NCBI GenBank assembly: GCA_000146465.1
Contig: CP001947.1
Reading direction: 5' to 3' (one strand)
DNA: 64,000 nt
Numbering within the stretch: the first letter of the stretch is position 1; each line of letters begins with the position of its first letter. The notes under the pieces are model-generated. The model ran no database searches and had not been told where the DNA came from. It worked only from the letters and a program-made list of their open reading frames with translations. Shown piece after piece: positions 20,801 to 29,834 of this stretch. A program made the translations under genes and the position numbers.

Positions 20801-22319
20801 GGAAAAGAAAGCATCTGGGATGAACAATTGCGTCAAACTGGATCTATTCCACAATGAAATTTCCACAGAAGTGGTGGTTGTGCCCAGCTATGCTGAGAAA
20901 AGAAGGTTAATGCTTCTGGGCTACAGGGCATACACTTATGAGGAGTTTGTTTCTTGGAGGGTTATTTCTGGCCCTGTTACTATTGTGGAGGTGGACGGGA
21001 TTATTTCGAACCACCTTATAGAAGCTTGCATGGCACATTGTATCATAAGAAATATTCGGATGGTTCTGGTAGGACTTCCATTTACAACGGGTGGAGGAAT
21101 TGAATCGATCGGAAAGATTGAAAAGAACCTGAAGGAAATAGGTGTAGAAGTTTGTGAGTCTTACTCTCCTACATACCATGGCCAGCTCTTTGACTTCAAG
21201 ATTAGGATAATCGAAAATATCCGTGGGGTGGATGTGGAGGAGAGCTCATGTCTTATCATTTGCTCTACAATGAAGATGATTGGATATTTCAAAAAGTTCT
21301 TTGAAGATGCAAGGATTGCTTCAGAGTATACAGGAATCCATAAGGGTGTGTACTTCGCTACAAAGAGAGTGGTTGATCTATGGGTAGATAGGAGATGGAG
21401 TCCCGAAGTATCCCAAGTCCACATTGTCGGGACAGACTACTACGACCACGAGACCTCATCTTATGTCGATTACTCTCTTGCGGATGTTAAGAGGTATTCC
21501 CTCCTTGGTAAAAAGGCAGTTCTTTACGTGAGGGAAAGTAAGAAGGCGCTATACTTTGGAAATGGAACTGTTCCTTTGCACTATTGCTCGTCTGAAAGGA
21601 AAGAGCTCTATTTGTATCCATACTGGTTGGGATGTAAACCAGAGAAGAGCCAAGGAAGTTCTCTATTTGTTAAGGACCAAGAACTAACGCGATATGGGAT
21701 GATACTGTGTAAGTATTGTGTTGGAATCGACACTGTTGAAATGTTCATTGAAAAGGCCAAGGATAAGATGGGGTTGAAGAGCATTCGGGCTCTTGTGTGT
21801 GGGGCAGGGGAGCTTGTGCTTGATGTTGATCCAGATGAGTTGGAAGCATTATCTAAGACAGGGGTGGATCTTTCGTTTGGAAAGGCATATGGGATGACTT
21901 CATACGTACTGGATATGAGTGAAGGAGACGAAAGGATTCTTCAGCAGTATGCTGGGAGTATACTTCCGGTGGTGAATAGGTTATACTTGTGTCTCGTGGA
22001 AGTTTCATTAGAAAAAATGTATCTGAAAACAGCATTCAACACCATGTTTGGACTCCAGAATATTATGAGTGTCTTTATCGAGGACAAGGACAAGTTCTAC
22101 AATGCAAAGCTTTGCGGGGGAGCTGTGCTCATTGAAGTTTTGTCCGTCCCTCGAAGCCCGATGGGATGGGTTGTGTTCTTTCTATTTGACGGATCGAAAG
22201 AGTCCGAGATTATTTATATCGAATGCCCAGGAACATACTCCACATCTTGGAACCACAAGATCTGCTATGTGATGAGCGACAGCTACCCTGGCTTTGAGAA
22301 GATCGAGGACAAGGCATAA
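17877..22319 (+). CDS. BRR2: Brr2/Ski2-like DExH-box RNA helicase with Sec63 domains, most likely the U5 snRNP helicase Brr2 in reduced form
   Basis: Motifs VCAPTGSGKT (I), DEIHIIGDSRG (II), SATLPN (III), QMFGRAGR (VI). The second cassette has no Walker A. The track ORF starts at TTG 17847; first ATG is at 17877. About 1480 aa against roughly 2100 aa in other eukaryotes. Confidence 0.7.
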   Translation: MGKAVPMGFESTGDLGYTDYFERLGTVVGRSDELVVRRVMEVLCGDVSCKQEIVEEVIGKSLAREDFEEMVKLTERFLNRDTKKIDFEDVELFDVLFTLREKKRLLEIIRKSTDLEKDLLRALGGRKMYFMRYILDNKKMFEHFLGYQLFPDTRREIQKLMRSEGGPPAFIKYIDSDVLSLMKGSKVIDLEKTSDASGTHMIRGEYPTGSSVRYEDGAKIVFVPGQKVDVEFDGEPPENVKRLFGRNFVFNYVQSVVQSSVLKGDGNVLVCAPTGSGKTVIGMMCILKEIEARKKVRVGYIAPMKALAREICKTIGKVFSKHEVSVVEHTSDIYSGYRRLEQAGVIVSTPEKFDILTRNTDLRFDLVIIDEIHIIGDSRGATIEAIVARMAMQKKCRIVGLSATLPNYMDVGTFIGCRDSDIFHFGPEFRKNAIDYELINVGMKEREMGVVIEKTLENLELDKPVIVFVHSRSETLEVASEIRRYMEKTSDLEVDVSAGVRELLKYRVGIHHAGLDKKTRQTVENLYRDGKIDVMVCTATLAWGVNLPGKTVIVKGTEVYDTSCGWKAIKQIEMLQMFGRAGRFGDGRCKGILVSSKDNEFLIQRSIDSRLLPGLCDCLNAEIVRGMRRFEEMVDWFKHTFYYTRLVKMNREPGKMVKSLVYSALKLLEGAGLIVLEPDIHPTAVGEVASRYYIYYKDAKRLFDGLSQNMLESSLLQILEGTREFSDLNGNEKEMESLKDLVPIPTESIFGLQVQCYIANRMNSAPLSQNLCRVFRALFEIGMRKKLGIAKTILGWCKAAEHRIFPYQTPLRHFTDDVEVLRSLEMKEIPFKVLEVLGKDGLDEIGIGGSIIVEALKYVPKFNISPSIRVAAPGNYVISIGIEKTFCDSKIESNMYHLFITDSKESSLVVCDTVIFQKECEYVCQNYGVCTDSPFLNIYLLSSHYLCPIHPVTLDLRSSMESSPSVFSRVWRSFMEKKASGMNNCVKLDLFHNEISTEVVVVPSYAEKRRLMLLGYRAYTYEEFVSWRVISGPVTIVEVDGIISNHLIEACMAHCIIRNIRMVLVGLPFTTGGGIESIGKIEKNLKEIGVEVCESYSPTYHGQLFDFKIRIIENIRGVDVEESSCLIICSTMKMIGYFKKFFEDARIASEYTGIHKGVYFATKRVVDLWVDRRWSPEVSQVHIVGTDYYDHETSSYVDYSLADVKRYSLLGKKAVLYVRESKKALYFGNGTVPLHYCSSERKELYLYPYWLGCKPEKSQGSSLFVKDQELTRYGMILCKYCVGIDTVEMFIEKAKDKMGLKSIRALVCGAGELVLDVDPDELEALSKTGVDLSFGKAYGMTSYVLDMSEGDERILQQYAGSILPVVNRLYLCLVEVSLEKMYLKTAFNTMFGLQNIMSVFIEDKDKFYNAKLCGGAVLIEVLSVPRSPMGWVVFFLFDGSKESEIIYIECPGTYSTSWNHKICYVMSDSYPGFEKIEDKA

Positions 22320-22385
22320 AACCTTGAGACTGTGGAACAATTTGACACCACGTCTATTAAATCTGAAGGGAGAACCCATATCATA

Positions 22386-25358
22386 ATGAACAGGAAGGAG
22401 AATAAAATAGTCACATCCAAGTATACAGCCATGACTTTTTTTCCTTTGAACATATACCATCAGTTGTCAAGGCCATCAAATCTATTTTTCCTTCTGACTC
22501 TTATTCTTCTATCAATTCCGGCGATATCTCCTTTCAGCCCATTTACCTATCTCCTGGCGTTTGTTGTTGTTGTTGGGGCATCGATGATGAAGGATGGAGT
22601 TGAGGACTACAGAAGACACAAGCAAGACAGAATCATAAACGAGAAGCCGGCCAATGTAGTTCGGAGACAAGGGGAAGATGCAAGGGTGGAGGAAATACAT
22701 GTGGAAGATCTCAGTGCTGGAGATCTTATATTTATAATGAAGGATCAGGAAGTACCTGGAGATGTGGTTTTGCTAAACAGCAGAGTAAAGACCTCTGATG
22801 GAATCAAATGCAAAAACTACTGCTTCATAGAGACAAGCAACCTAGATGGAGAAACAAATCTGAAGAAGAAGACGGCACAGCATCATATTCCGTGTGAGGA
22901 AGGAAGGACTGTGCTTGAGTGTGGAGAAGGAAAACTGGACATATGCAGTTGTGACAAATATTACATGGACAGTATATCCGAGTTCTATGTCGAGGATACG
23001 GGGGATTTACTTAACAAGTTTGAGTGCCAAGTGACCATTGGCGGGGAAAACACTCTATGCAACGAAAAGAATGTTCTTTTGAGAGGATCAAGAGTTAGGA
23101 ACACAGAACGTGTTCTTGGTATTGTAGTGTCTGTAGGGAAGCAGACGAAGCTGGGGAAAAGCCACTTCAAGGTAAAGATGAAAATATCTCTTTTTGAAAA
23201 AAGAATAGGAGACTTTATATTTGGAATATTCATGATATACCTGGGGATTCTGGCAGTGACCTCTATTCTTGGCGCTAGATTTCTTAGGAAGGATGACATC
23301 GAATATTTGTACTTGCATGAGTATCTTACCAACGACTCCCTGAAGCAAACAGGAACCAACTATATTCTGTTCAGCTACTTGATTCCTCTGTCTCTGTTTG
23401 TAACTCTTGAGGTATCCCGAATGTTCCATTCGATGTTTATATCTTATGATGACGAAATGGTTGGGAATGGAATGAAGTCCATGTGCAGAAACTCCAACAT
23501 TACAGAGGACATAGGGATGATTGAATATATCTTAACGGATAAGACCGGAACTCTCACAAAGAACTCCATGGTCTTCAAGTATTGCCACGTGTACAACTCT
23601 GAGGATCTTATTTCTCGAGAAGATTTAAAGGAGGAAAGCCTCCATGTGGAACTTGTAAACGACCTGAGTTTGGAAGCTAAGAAGAGCCGGTCGAGAATGA
23701 TGTTCATACTTGCGCTCTTGTGCTGCAATTCGATAGAGCCTCTCAACAACAATTTCGAAGGGATCTCGCAGGACGAGCTGTGTATTATTCAGGAATTAAA
23801 GAACCAGGGCTATGTGCTAGTGAAGAGAGACGAAGACTATGTTCTAGTGGAGATAAACGGAAAAAGAACCAGGTTCAACATAGTGATTTCCCTGGACTTT
23901 ACTTCTGCAAGGCAAAGGATGTCTGTGGTGATGGAGGTGTTGGGAAGGTACATTCTGTTCTGCAAGGGCTCTGACCAGAAACTTCTCGGAGACAAGAGAA
24001 TGGTTTTTGAGCAAGGAGACATGGGAACGATCAAGGCACTTATAAACAACAACTCGGAATACAGGTCCCTTGTTGTCGGATACAAAGAACTGGACAAAAA
24101 AGTAACGGATGAGCTGAAAAGGAAGTATGCTGGGGTTTCCTTGAGAGACAAGTTCCTGGAGCAGGAAAGAATCTTCGACTCGGTGGAGGAGGAGATGGTT
24201 TACTTAGGAACAACGTTTATCGAAGATGAGCTTCAGGAAGACGTAAGAAGTACTATAACTTCCCTCCGGGATGCAGGGATCAAGATATGGATGATCACAG
24301 GCGACAAGAAAGAGACTGCAATCAGCTGCTCAGAAGACTGTGGAATTGTTCAGAAGAACCATGAGGTGCAATCTCTTGCCATAGATGGTAAGGAGTTTCT
24401 GAAGAGGCTCTCAGACCCAGGGATCTTCGATTACAAGTCAATTGTGATATATCGGGCAACACCCTATCATAAGGGAAAGATAGCCGAAAAGATAGTCGAG
24501 CTTGGGAAGAACACACTTTCGATTGGTGACGGAAACAATGATGTCCCCATGCTTACAAGCTCTCATGTTGGTGTAGGGATCATGGGCAAGGAGGGCACAC
24601 AGGCAAGCTTGTCGGCAGACTTTGCCATCCCAGAGTTTAGGTTTCTAAAGAGGCTCATACTTGTCTACGGGCGCTACAACCTCATAAGATTCTCCAAGAT
24701 AACTCTGAATGCATTCTTCAAGAACATATTCTTCATCTCGATACAGTTTCTGTACAATTTCTTCAACGGATACTCGGGAAAACCCATATACAACAACTTC
24801 TTTCTGAACTATTACAATGTACTCTTTACATCCTTTGTCCCGCTGTCCATAGGACTCTTCGACAAGGACAAGCCAGAAAACTACCTAATGTCACATCCCG
24901 AGGATTACAAAAATGCAAGAAGGCTCTTTGGAAGACCTTCATTTGTGTTTGGATTTATCTACACGATCCTTCTTGGGATTGTAGTGTTTTTGCTTTCGGT
25001 CGGCACTGTCTATGTGAAGGACATGGTAAACAAGGAAGGGCTTGTCGGGGGATATATCCTCCTCACGAACTATTTTTCCATTGTTGTCTTTCTGGTTGTA
25101 CTGTCCACACAGATCCGGGAGATCTCCTTCTTTGTTGTATATTCATGGATAGCAATTGCTCTTAGTGTCATTCTTAACTTTGTAACTCTTTTTTTCATTC
25201 AGGAGTTGGATGCCACTGCAAACAATGCAGCCTTTAACCTGTTTTCTCTCCCTGTCTTCTACTTGACTATCCTCTTTGTACTCTCAGGAGTACTGCTTGT
25301 CGACTTTGTTATTATGAAGATGCTTTCTGCAGTAAAGAAGAATCGGGGATGGCCTTGA
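22386..25358 (+). CDS. P4-type ATPase, phospholipid flippase of the Drs2/Dnf family
   Basis: DKTGTLT phosphorylation site, TGDKKETA, GDGNNDVPM hinge, and the flippase-type N-terminus with 10 TM helices. The track starts at GTG 22332; first ATG is at 22386. Confidence 0.85.
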   Translation: MNRKENKIVTSKYTAMTFFPLNIYHQLSRPSNLFFLLTLILLSIPAISPFSPFTYLLAFVVVVGASMMKDGVEDYRRHKQDRIINEKPANVVRRQGEDARVEEIHVEDLSAGDLIFIMKDQEVPGDVVLLNSRVKTSDGIKCKNYCFIETSNLDGETNLKKKTAQHHIPCEEGRTVLECGEGKLDICSCDKYYMDSISEFYVEDTGDLLNKFECQVTIGGENTLCNEKNVLLRGSRVRNTERVLGIVVSVGKQTKLGKSHFKVKMKISLFEKRIGDFIFGIFMIYLGILAVTSILGARFLRKDDIEYLYLHEYLTNDSLKQTGTNYILFSYLIPLSLFVTLEVSRMFHSMFISYDDEMVGNGMKSMCRNSNITEDIGMIEYILTDKTGTLTKNSMVFKYCHVYNSEDLISREDLKEESLHVELVNDLSLEAKKSRSRMMFILALLCCNSIEPLNNNFEGISQDELCIIQELKNQGYVLVKRDEDYVLVEINGKRTRFNIVISLDFTSARQRMSVVMEVLGRYILFCKGSDQKLLGDKRMVFEQGDMGTIKALINNNSEYRSLVVGYKELDKKVTDELKRKYAGVSLRDKFLEQERIFDSVEEEMVYLGTTFIEDELQEDVRSTITSLRDAGIKIWMITGDKKETAISCSEDCGIVQKNHEVQSLAIDGKEFLKRLSDPGIFDYKSIVIYRATPYHKGKIAEKIVELGKNTLSIGDGNNDVPMLTSSHVGVGIMGKEGTQASLSADFAIPEFRFLKRLILVYGRYNLIRFSKITLNAFFKNIFFISIQFLYNFFNGYSGKPIYNNFFLNYYNVLFTSFVPLSIGLFDKDKPENYLMSHPEDYKNARRLFGRPSFVFGFIYTILLGIVVFLLSVGTVYVKDMVNKEGLVGGYILLTNYFSIVVFLVVLSTQIREISFFVVYSWIAIALSVILNFVTLFFIQELDATANNAAFNLFSLPVFYLTILFVLSGVLLVDFVIMKMLSAVKKNRGWP

Positions 25359-25681
25359 GAGGTCCTATCTACTGGTGTGTATCCTGGAGTTTGGTAGTTA
25401 AGGAAATTTTTGTATCCCCCTGGATGAAAGAAAGCGATAGACAAATATTTTTTGATGTCAATGCTATCCACAGCTCCACGGAAACAACAGAAGAGGACGA
25501 GATATCCGATATGTTTGATGAAAGGATGTTTAATGACTCCCTTGGAGGAGGAGATTTCATTAAGCTTGAAGAGGAATTAAAAAAGGTAAGGAGCATCAAG
25601 AAACAATAGGCATATTTGCATTCATACTATTCCTAAATTGTGAATAAAGGCTTAAATGCTCTCGATATTCCTTCTTCATGT

Positions 25682-26827
25682 CTAGCAACATTTTCTGAAC
25701 AATGCAGCCACCCCATGGCCTCCACCCACACAAAGAGCTGCAACTCCATATTTGCCTGGTTGTTCTTTCTCCATGGTGTTTAGTAACGTGCAAACAATCC
25801 TTGCTCCAGAGGCTCCTATTGGATGCCCAAGGGCTATGGCTCCTCCGCACTTGTTAACCCTTTCTCTTGCAATCCCTAGTTCCTTCAGACAGCAAAGAAC
25901 TTGAGATGCAAATGCCTCATTTATTTCAAAGCACGAAATCTGCTCTTTCTCGAGACCGTTCTTTTTCAGTAGTTTCTCGATCGCGAAAACAGGTCCCAAG
26001 CCCATATCTCTGGGCTTAAGCCCGACTGTTGCAAAATCGACAAACTCTGCAATGGCTGGAAGACCCAGGTCACTGGCTTTTGCTCTTGTCATCAAAAGAA
26101 CTGCAGAAGCTCCATCAGATAGCTGTGAAGAATTTGCCGGCGTGCAAATCCCGTCTTGGCGGAACACAGGTTTTAGATTTCCGATGACTTCCAAAAGCGT
26201 TTCCCTTATGCCTTCATCATGCTCGACAGTTTCCCCTTCAATCTCCATAGGAATGATTTCCCTGAGGAATATGCCCTTCTTTGTGGCCTCGGCAGCCCTA
26301 TTCTGGCTTTCTACTGCATATTTGTCTGCCTCCTCGCGTGTTATTCCATATGTTTTACCTAGCATCTCAGACACTTCTCCCAATCCCAACAGACAATCCT
26401 CGGCATCTGTATTTTCTTCCTTTCTACTAAGATTGTATTCTTTAGGAAGTCCATAAGACGTCATGGATTCAAATCCCCCTGCTAGTCCAACCTCTATCTT
26501 CCCCAGCTTGATCTTCTCTGCAATAAGCCCAATAGACTCGAGTCCCGAACCGCATATTCTGTTTATGGTCATAACCGGTGTTGAGGCCGGTATTCCTGCT
26601 CTTAAGACTCCCATTCTTGCAGCAATACTCCCTTCCATCGAGGAAAGACAATGCCCAAGAACGACCTCTTCAATGGCCTGAGGATCAATCCCTGTCTTTT
26701 TGATGACTCCATGGACGGCTGCACCTATCAACTCATCATTCTTGAGATTCTTGAACTTGCCCCTTCCTGCCTTTGCAATGGGTGTTCGAAGTGCACAAAC
26801 AACAACAACATCTTCCATAAGTATCAT
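25682..26827 (-). CDS. ERG10: Acetyl-CoA C-acetyltransferase (thiolase II)
   Basis: 381 aa. N-terminal VVVVCALRTPIAKAGRGKF, active-site region NRICGSGLESI, C-terminal GVAALCVGGGHGVAALF. Confidence 0.85.
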   Translation of the reverse strand: MILMEDVVVVCALRTPIAKAGRGKFKNLKNDELIGAAVHGVIKKTGIDPQAIEEVVLGHCLSSMEGSIAARMGVLRAGIPASTPVMTINRICGSGLESIGLIAEKIKLGKIEVGLAGGFESMTSYGLPKEYNLSRKEENTDAEDCLLGLGEVSEMLGKTYGITREEADKYAVESQNRAAEATKKGIFLREIIPMEIEGETVEHDEGIRETLLEVIGNLKPVFRQDGICTPANSSQLSDGASAVLLMTRAKASDLGLPAIAEFVDFATVGLKPRDMGLGPVFAIEKLLKKNGLEKEQISCFEINEAFASQVLCCLKELGIARERVNKCGGAIALGHPIGASGARIVCTLLNTMEKEQPGKYGVAALCVGGGHGVAALFRKCC

Positions 26828-26933
26828 TCCTCAGGGCTTTTCAACATGTCCTTTATCAAAAAGCCTCTTGTCTAGGTTGTAAGGAGAGAGGAATTGTTTA
26901 CCAGGTATAAATACACAGATCAAAACAAACAAC

Positions 26934-28745
26934 ATGGCCAAGCCATTGCAAACCAAGATCAAGAGCTCTCGCTCAAACCAACTAGCCCAGGGTGTACTTA
27001 TAGTGATTCTGTCGATTCTTCTGTTCAATAAGAAAGCATCTATAACAAGAGATGAGACCGAGTTTATAAGAAGTCTTAAATCTTATGAACAAGGGAGATT
27101 CTGTCTCTACAAGCATCTTCCATTGCCAGGCATACTCTGCCATGGCCTGAAGAAGACCTTCTCGTATATGAATGTTCCTTTGCTATCCTTGGTATTGGAA
27201 AGCCCTAGACTGGTCAGCCTTGGACTCTTTGTTGTGACCATGCTGCAGATCTCCTGGCTATCCCAAGAAACATACAATCTGGAAGCTTCATGGATGGTTT
27301 TGGTGGTCTATATGGTCAGGTTGTTGGTCAACACTCAAACCATATTCTCCACAAACGAGATGTTTTCTATATGTTTTCTTGCAGGAGGGATTGTTCAGAT
27401 AAAAAAGAAACGCTCCTTTACCTCTGGGATTCTGATTGGGCTTTCGGTGGCGTCTAGCTGGGCATCTCTGTGTATTTTGCCTCCTCTTGCAATATTTTAC
27501 GGCATTGAACTGTTCTCATTTGCAGCGAACCCTGTAAATCGGTTAAGCAAGGCTTTTCAGAAACTTTTCAAAGGAATTATTGCATTTGCAGTCATCCCAG
27601 CTTCTATATATTTCCTGTCGTTTCTTGTGCACTATTCTATCCAGAACCAACATGCAAGAGATGCCGAAAAGTTTTCTGTCGAATTCCAAGCAACACTGAA
27701 AGGAAGCATGCACGAGCCCACAGACAAGTATCTCATGGACAGAAGCATAGTTACTATCCTAAACCAAAAACACAACGTGTATTTAAATATGAAGGAAGGC
27801 ATTCCCTCATGCTCTGGACAGAAGGCGGAAGACTCCATGTGGATGATCATTAAGGTTCATTCCAACCACTCGGGGGGAGAAGTTGAGGAGGAGGGTAGAT
27901 ACATTAATCATGGAGATCTTGTGAAGATGGTGGAGTTTGGAAGTAATATGTGTCTGAGGGTTGTGAATGAAGACACAGAAGACAAGTTTAGAAAAGTTCT
28001 TGGATTTGTCCAGGAGGACAACGAAGCAAATGAAGAAGATATATGGCAGATAATCGGAGATGGACCAGTTGTCAGCAGGAACTCGTTGGTAAGATTCAGG
28101 CACTACAAAACAGCAATGGATCTGTGTATCAGGAGCCTCCGGAGATCCGAGGAAAGCGAAGATGGAGAAAACACTATTGAAAAAGGTGTGAGTGGGTCGT
28201 TGTACAGCGATAACAAGTCTAGACTGTTCTACATCAGTGATAACAGAAACCATGACTTCTTCAAGAAGAACTTTGAGGATGGAAGGCCTAAAGAAGAAGT
28301 CCTTAACTTTCCCCAAAAGGGCTTTATGTCAAAGATGTTTGAGCATCATAGGAAACTCATAAAAACGTCCTCTGGGTGGAAATGGGGTTCACCAGGTTAC
28401 TCCATGCTACATCTTCAAAGTGGGGAGAGGTATTTGATGAAACACGACATAGTTTTCAATATCTTTACAGTTGTATCTTCATTTTTATTTCCTGTAGTAC
28501 TTCTGGCCAACCACATTTCTTGGAAGAAGTACGATAAAGGTTTTAGAGCGAGAAAAGACGATTCTTTTGTATGTGTGATGTACTTCTGTGCAGTTCTTAT
28601 GGGAAGCATCCTCGGTTTTGGCCTAGCACCCTTGGAAATGTTAAGCACCTGGATGATGCTGAACCTTGTGTTCCTTCTTGGGATGAAGCCAGCCTTGATT
28701 TTCTTTTCTGTCCTCCTCTCTACTTCGATGAGAATCTTGAGATAA
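26934..28745 (+). CDS. PMT: Dolichyl-phosphate-mannose:protein O-mannosyltransferase (PMT family)
   Basis: 603 aa. N-terminal DE motif region (ITRDETEFIRSL...KHLPLPG), multiple TM helices, a central MIR-like loop (HSNHSGGEVEEEGRYINHGDLVKMVEF), and C-terminal TM helices. Confidence 0.6.
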   Translation: MAKPLQTKIKSSRSNQLAQGVLIVILSILLFNKKASITRDETEFIRSLKSYEQGRFCLYKHLPLPGILCHGLKKTFSYMNVPLLSLVLESPRLVSLGLFVVTMLQISWLSQETYNLEASWMVLVVYMVRLLVNTQTIFSTNEMFSICFLAGGIVQIKKKRSFTSGILIGLSVASSWASLCILPPLAIFYGIELFSFAANPVNRLSKAFQKLFKGIIAFAVIPASIYFLSFLVHYSIQNQHARDAEKFSVEFQATLKGSMHEPTDKYLMDRSIVTILNQKHNVYLNMKEGIPSCSGQKAEDSMWMIIKVHSNHSGGEVEEEGRYINHGDLVKMVEFGSNMCLRVVNEDTEDKFRKVLGFVQEDNEANEEDIWQIIGDGPVVSRNSLVRFRHYKTAMDLCIRSLRRSEESEDGENTIEKGVSGSLYSDNKSRLFYISDNRNHDFFKKNFEDGRPKEEVLNFPQKGFMSKMFEHHRKLIKTSSGWKWGSPGYSMLHLQSGERYLMKHDIVFNIFTVVSSFLFPVVLLANHISWKKYDKGFRARKDDSFVCVMYFCAVLMGSILGFGLAPLEMLSTWMMLNLVFLLGMKPALIFFSVLLSTSMRILR

Positions 28746-28788
28746 AAACTGAGATTAAAAGTATGATTGACTATATACTTTACAGGTT

Positions 28789-29580
28789 TTATTTATGAAT
28801 ACAAAATAGATGTTTCTTGGCGTTCCAGGAGTAGTCGGGTATCAAACAATTCTCTAAGATGCAGATATTTCTATTGGAATGGTTTAGCATCTCAAAGGTC
28901 TTCTCCACGACATCTCCGTAGATTTCAAGAAATTCGTTGTGCCGCACCATAATGTGTCCCTTGCTCACAGCTATCCGAATCCCTATGGGAAGGAGATCTG
29001 TCTTCCTGTCCCCAGACTCTTCATAATAAAGATTTTTTAAATTAGAAGAAATGCACTTGATCTCTCTATAAAACTCTATAGAGAAATCAAGTGCATTTGG
29101 AATATCTGTAAACACAAACAAGAAGGAGTCTCCTTCATTTCGCACCTCTAGGCCTCCATGCTCCTTACATAATCTCCTTGCAATTTCGTCGTGAAAGACA
29201 ATTGTTCTATTCATTGCATCAGGGAAACAGTTCCAAAGGTTCGAACTGTCAACAATGTCCGTTATAACCAGGATAAGGTTTCCTTGAAGAAACCTCCTGG
29301 GGATTCTTCGAGAAATGTATTTTCTGTAACAAAGCTTCCCTCCCTTCTTTCCCTGGGGAACCTCCATCTTTTTAATCTTTAAAGGCTCTTTCCCTTGGCT
29401 CCGAGAAATAAGCATGCATTTCACTCCGTCGATTATCCCGACCTTGAAGCCACAGAACACCGACCCGAGTATCCATACCGGATTAATTGCCACCCATATC
29501 GCACATGCAATCATCTGTGTATGCATCCTAAAACTATATGCCACTAGCTGAAGAATAAGCGTCATGTTGTTCTTCAACAT
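28789..29580 (-). CDS. Membrane-anchored protein with a class III adenylate-cyclase catalytic domain of fungal Cyr1 type, at minimal length
   Basis: 263 aa. Two N-terminal TM helices, then LILVITDIVDSSNLWNCFPDAMNRTIVFHDEIARRL..GGLEVRNEGDSFLFVF and GIRIAVSKGHIMV..YGDVVEKT. These match the metal-binding D..D and the core of the Cyr1 catalytic domain. The N in the conserved (V/I)N motif is replaced by E. Confidence 0.65.
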   Translation of the reverse strand: MLKNNMTLILQLVAYSFRMHTQMIACAIWVAINPVWILGSVFCGFKVGIIDGVKCMLISRSQGKEPLKIKKMEVPQGKKGGKLCYRKYISRRIPRRFLQGNLILVITDIVDSSNLWNCFPDAMNRTIVFHDEIARRLCKEHGGLEVRNEGDSFLFVFTDIPNALDFSIEFYREIKCISSNLKNLYYEESGDRKTDLLPIGIRIAVSKGHIMVRHNEFLEIYGDVVEKTFEMLNHSNRNICILENCLIPDYSWNAKKHLFCIHK

Positions 29581-29834
29581 GGGGGCTTTTTAAATCCGTT
29601 TACTTTTATGTCCTACCGTTTTGACAGATAATTTTGGCACAATTGCAATTTTGAGAAATTAAAATTTAATCCTCTTTCAATTATACTTCACATTTTTCCA
29701 TAGGATACACTCCCTGGATAGATTGAATTCTATTCTTCGGCCAATTTCCATAATTGGAAATATAAATAACAATATTTACAAATAAGGAATAAAAAGTAGG
29801 TAGCGGTAATAACGAAAGATGTGATGGAAAATCT

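Noticed and set aside
25470-25500. ACAGAAGAGGA, which superficially resembles the U6 ACAGAGA box
   Set aside because: No AGC triad, no 5' stem-loop and no 3' T-run. It does not align with U6.
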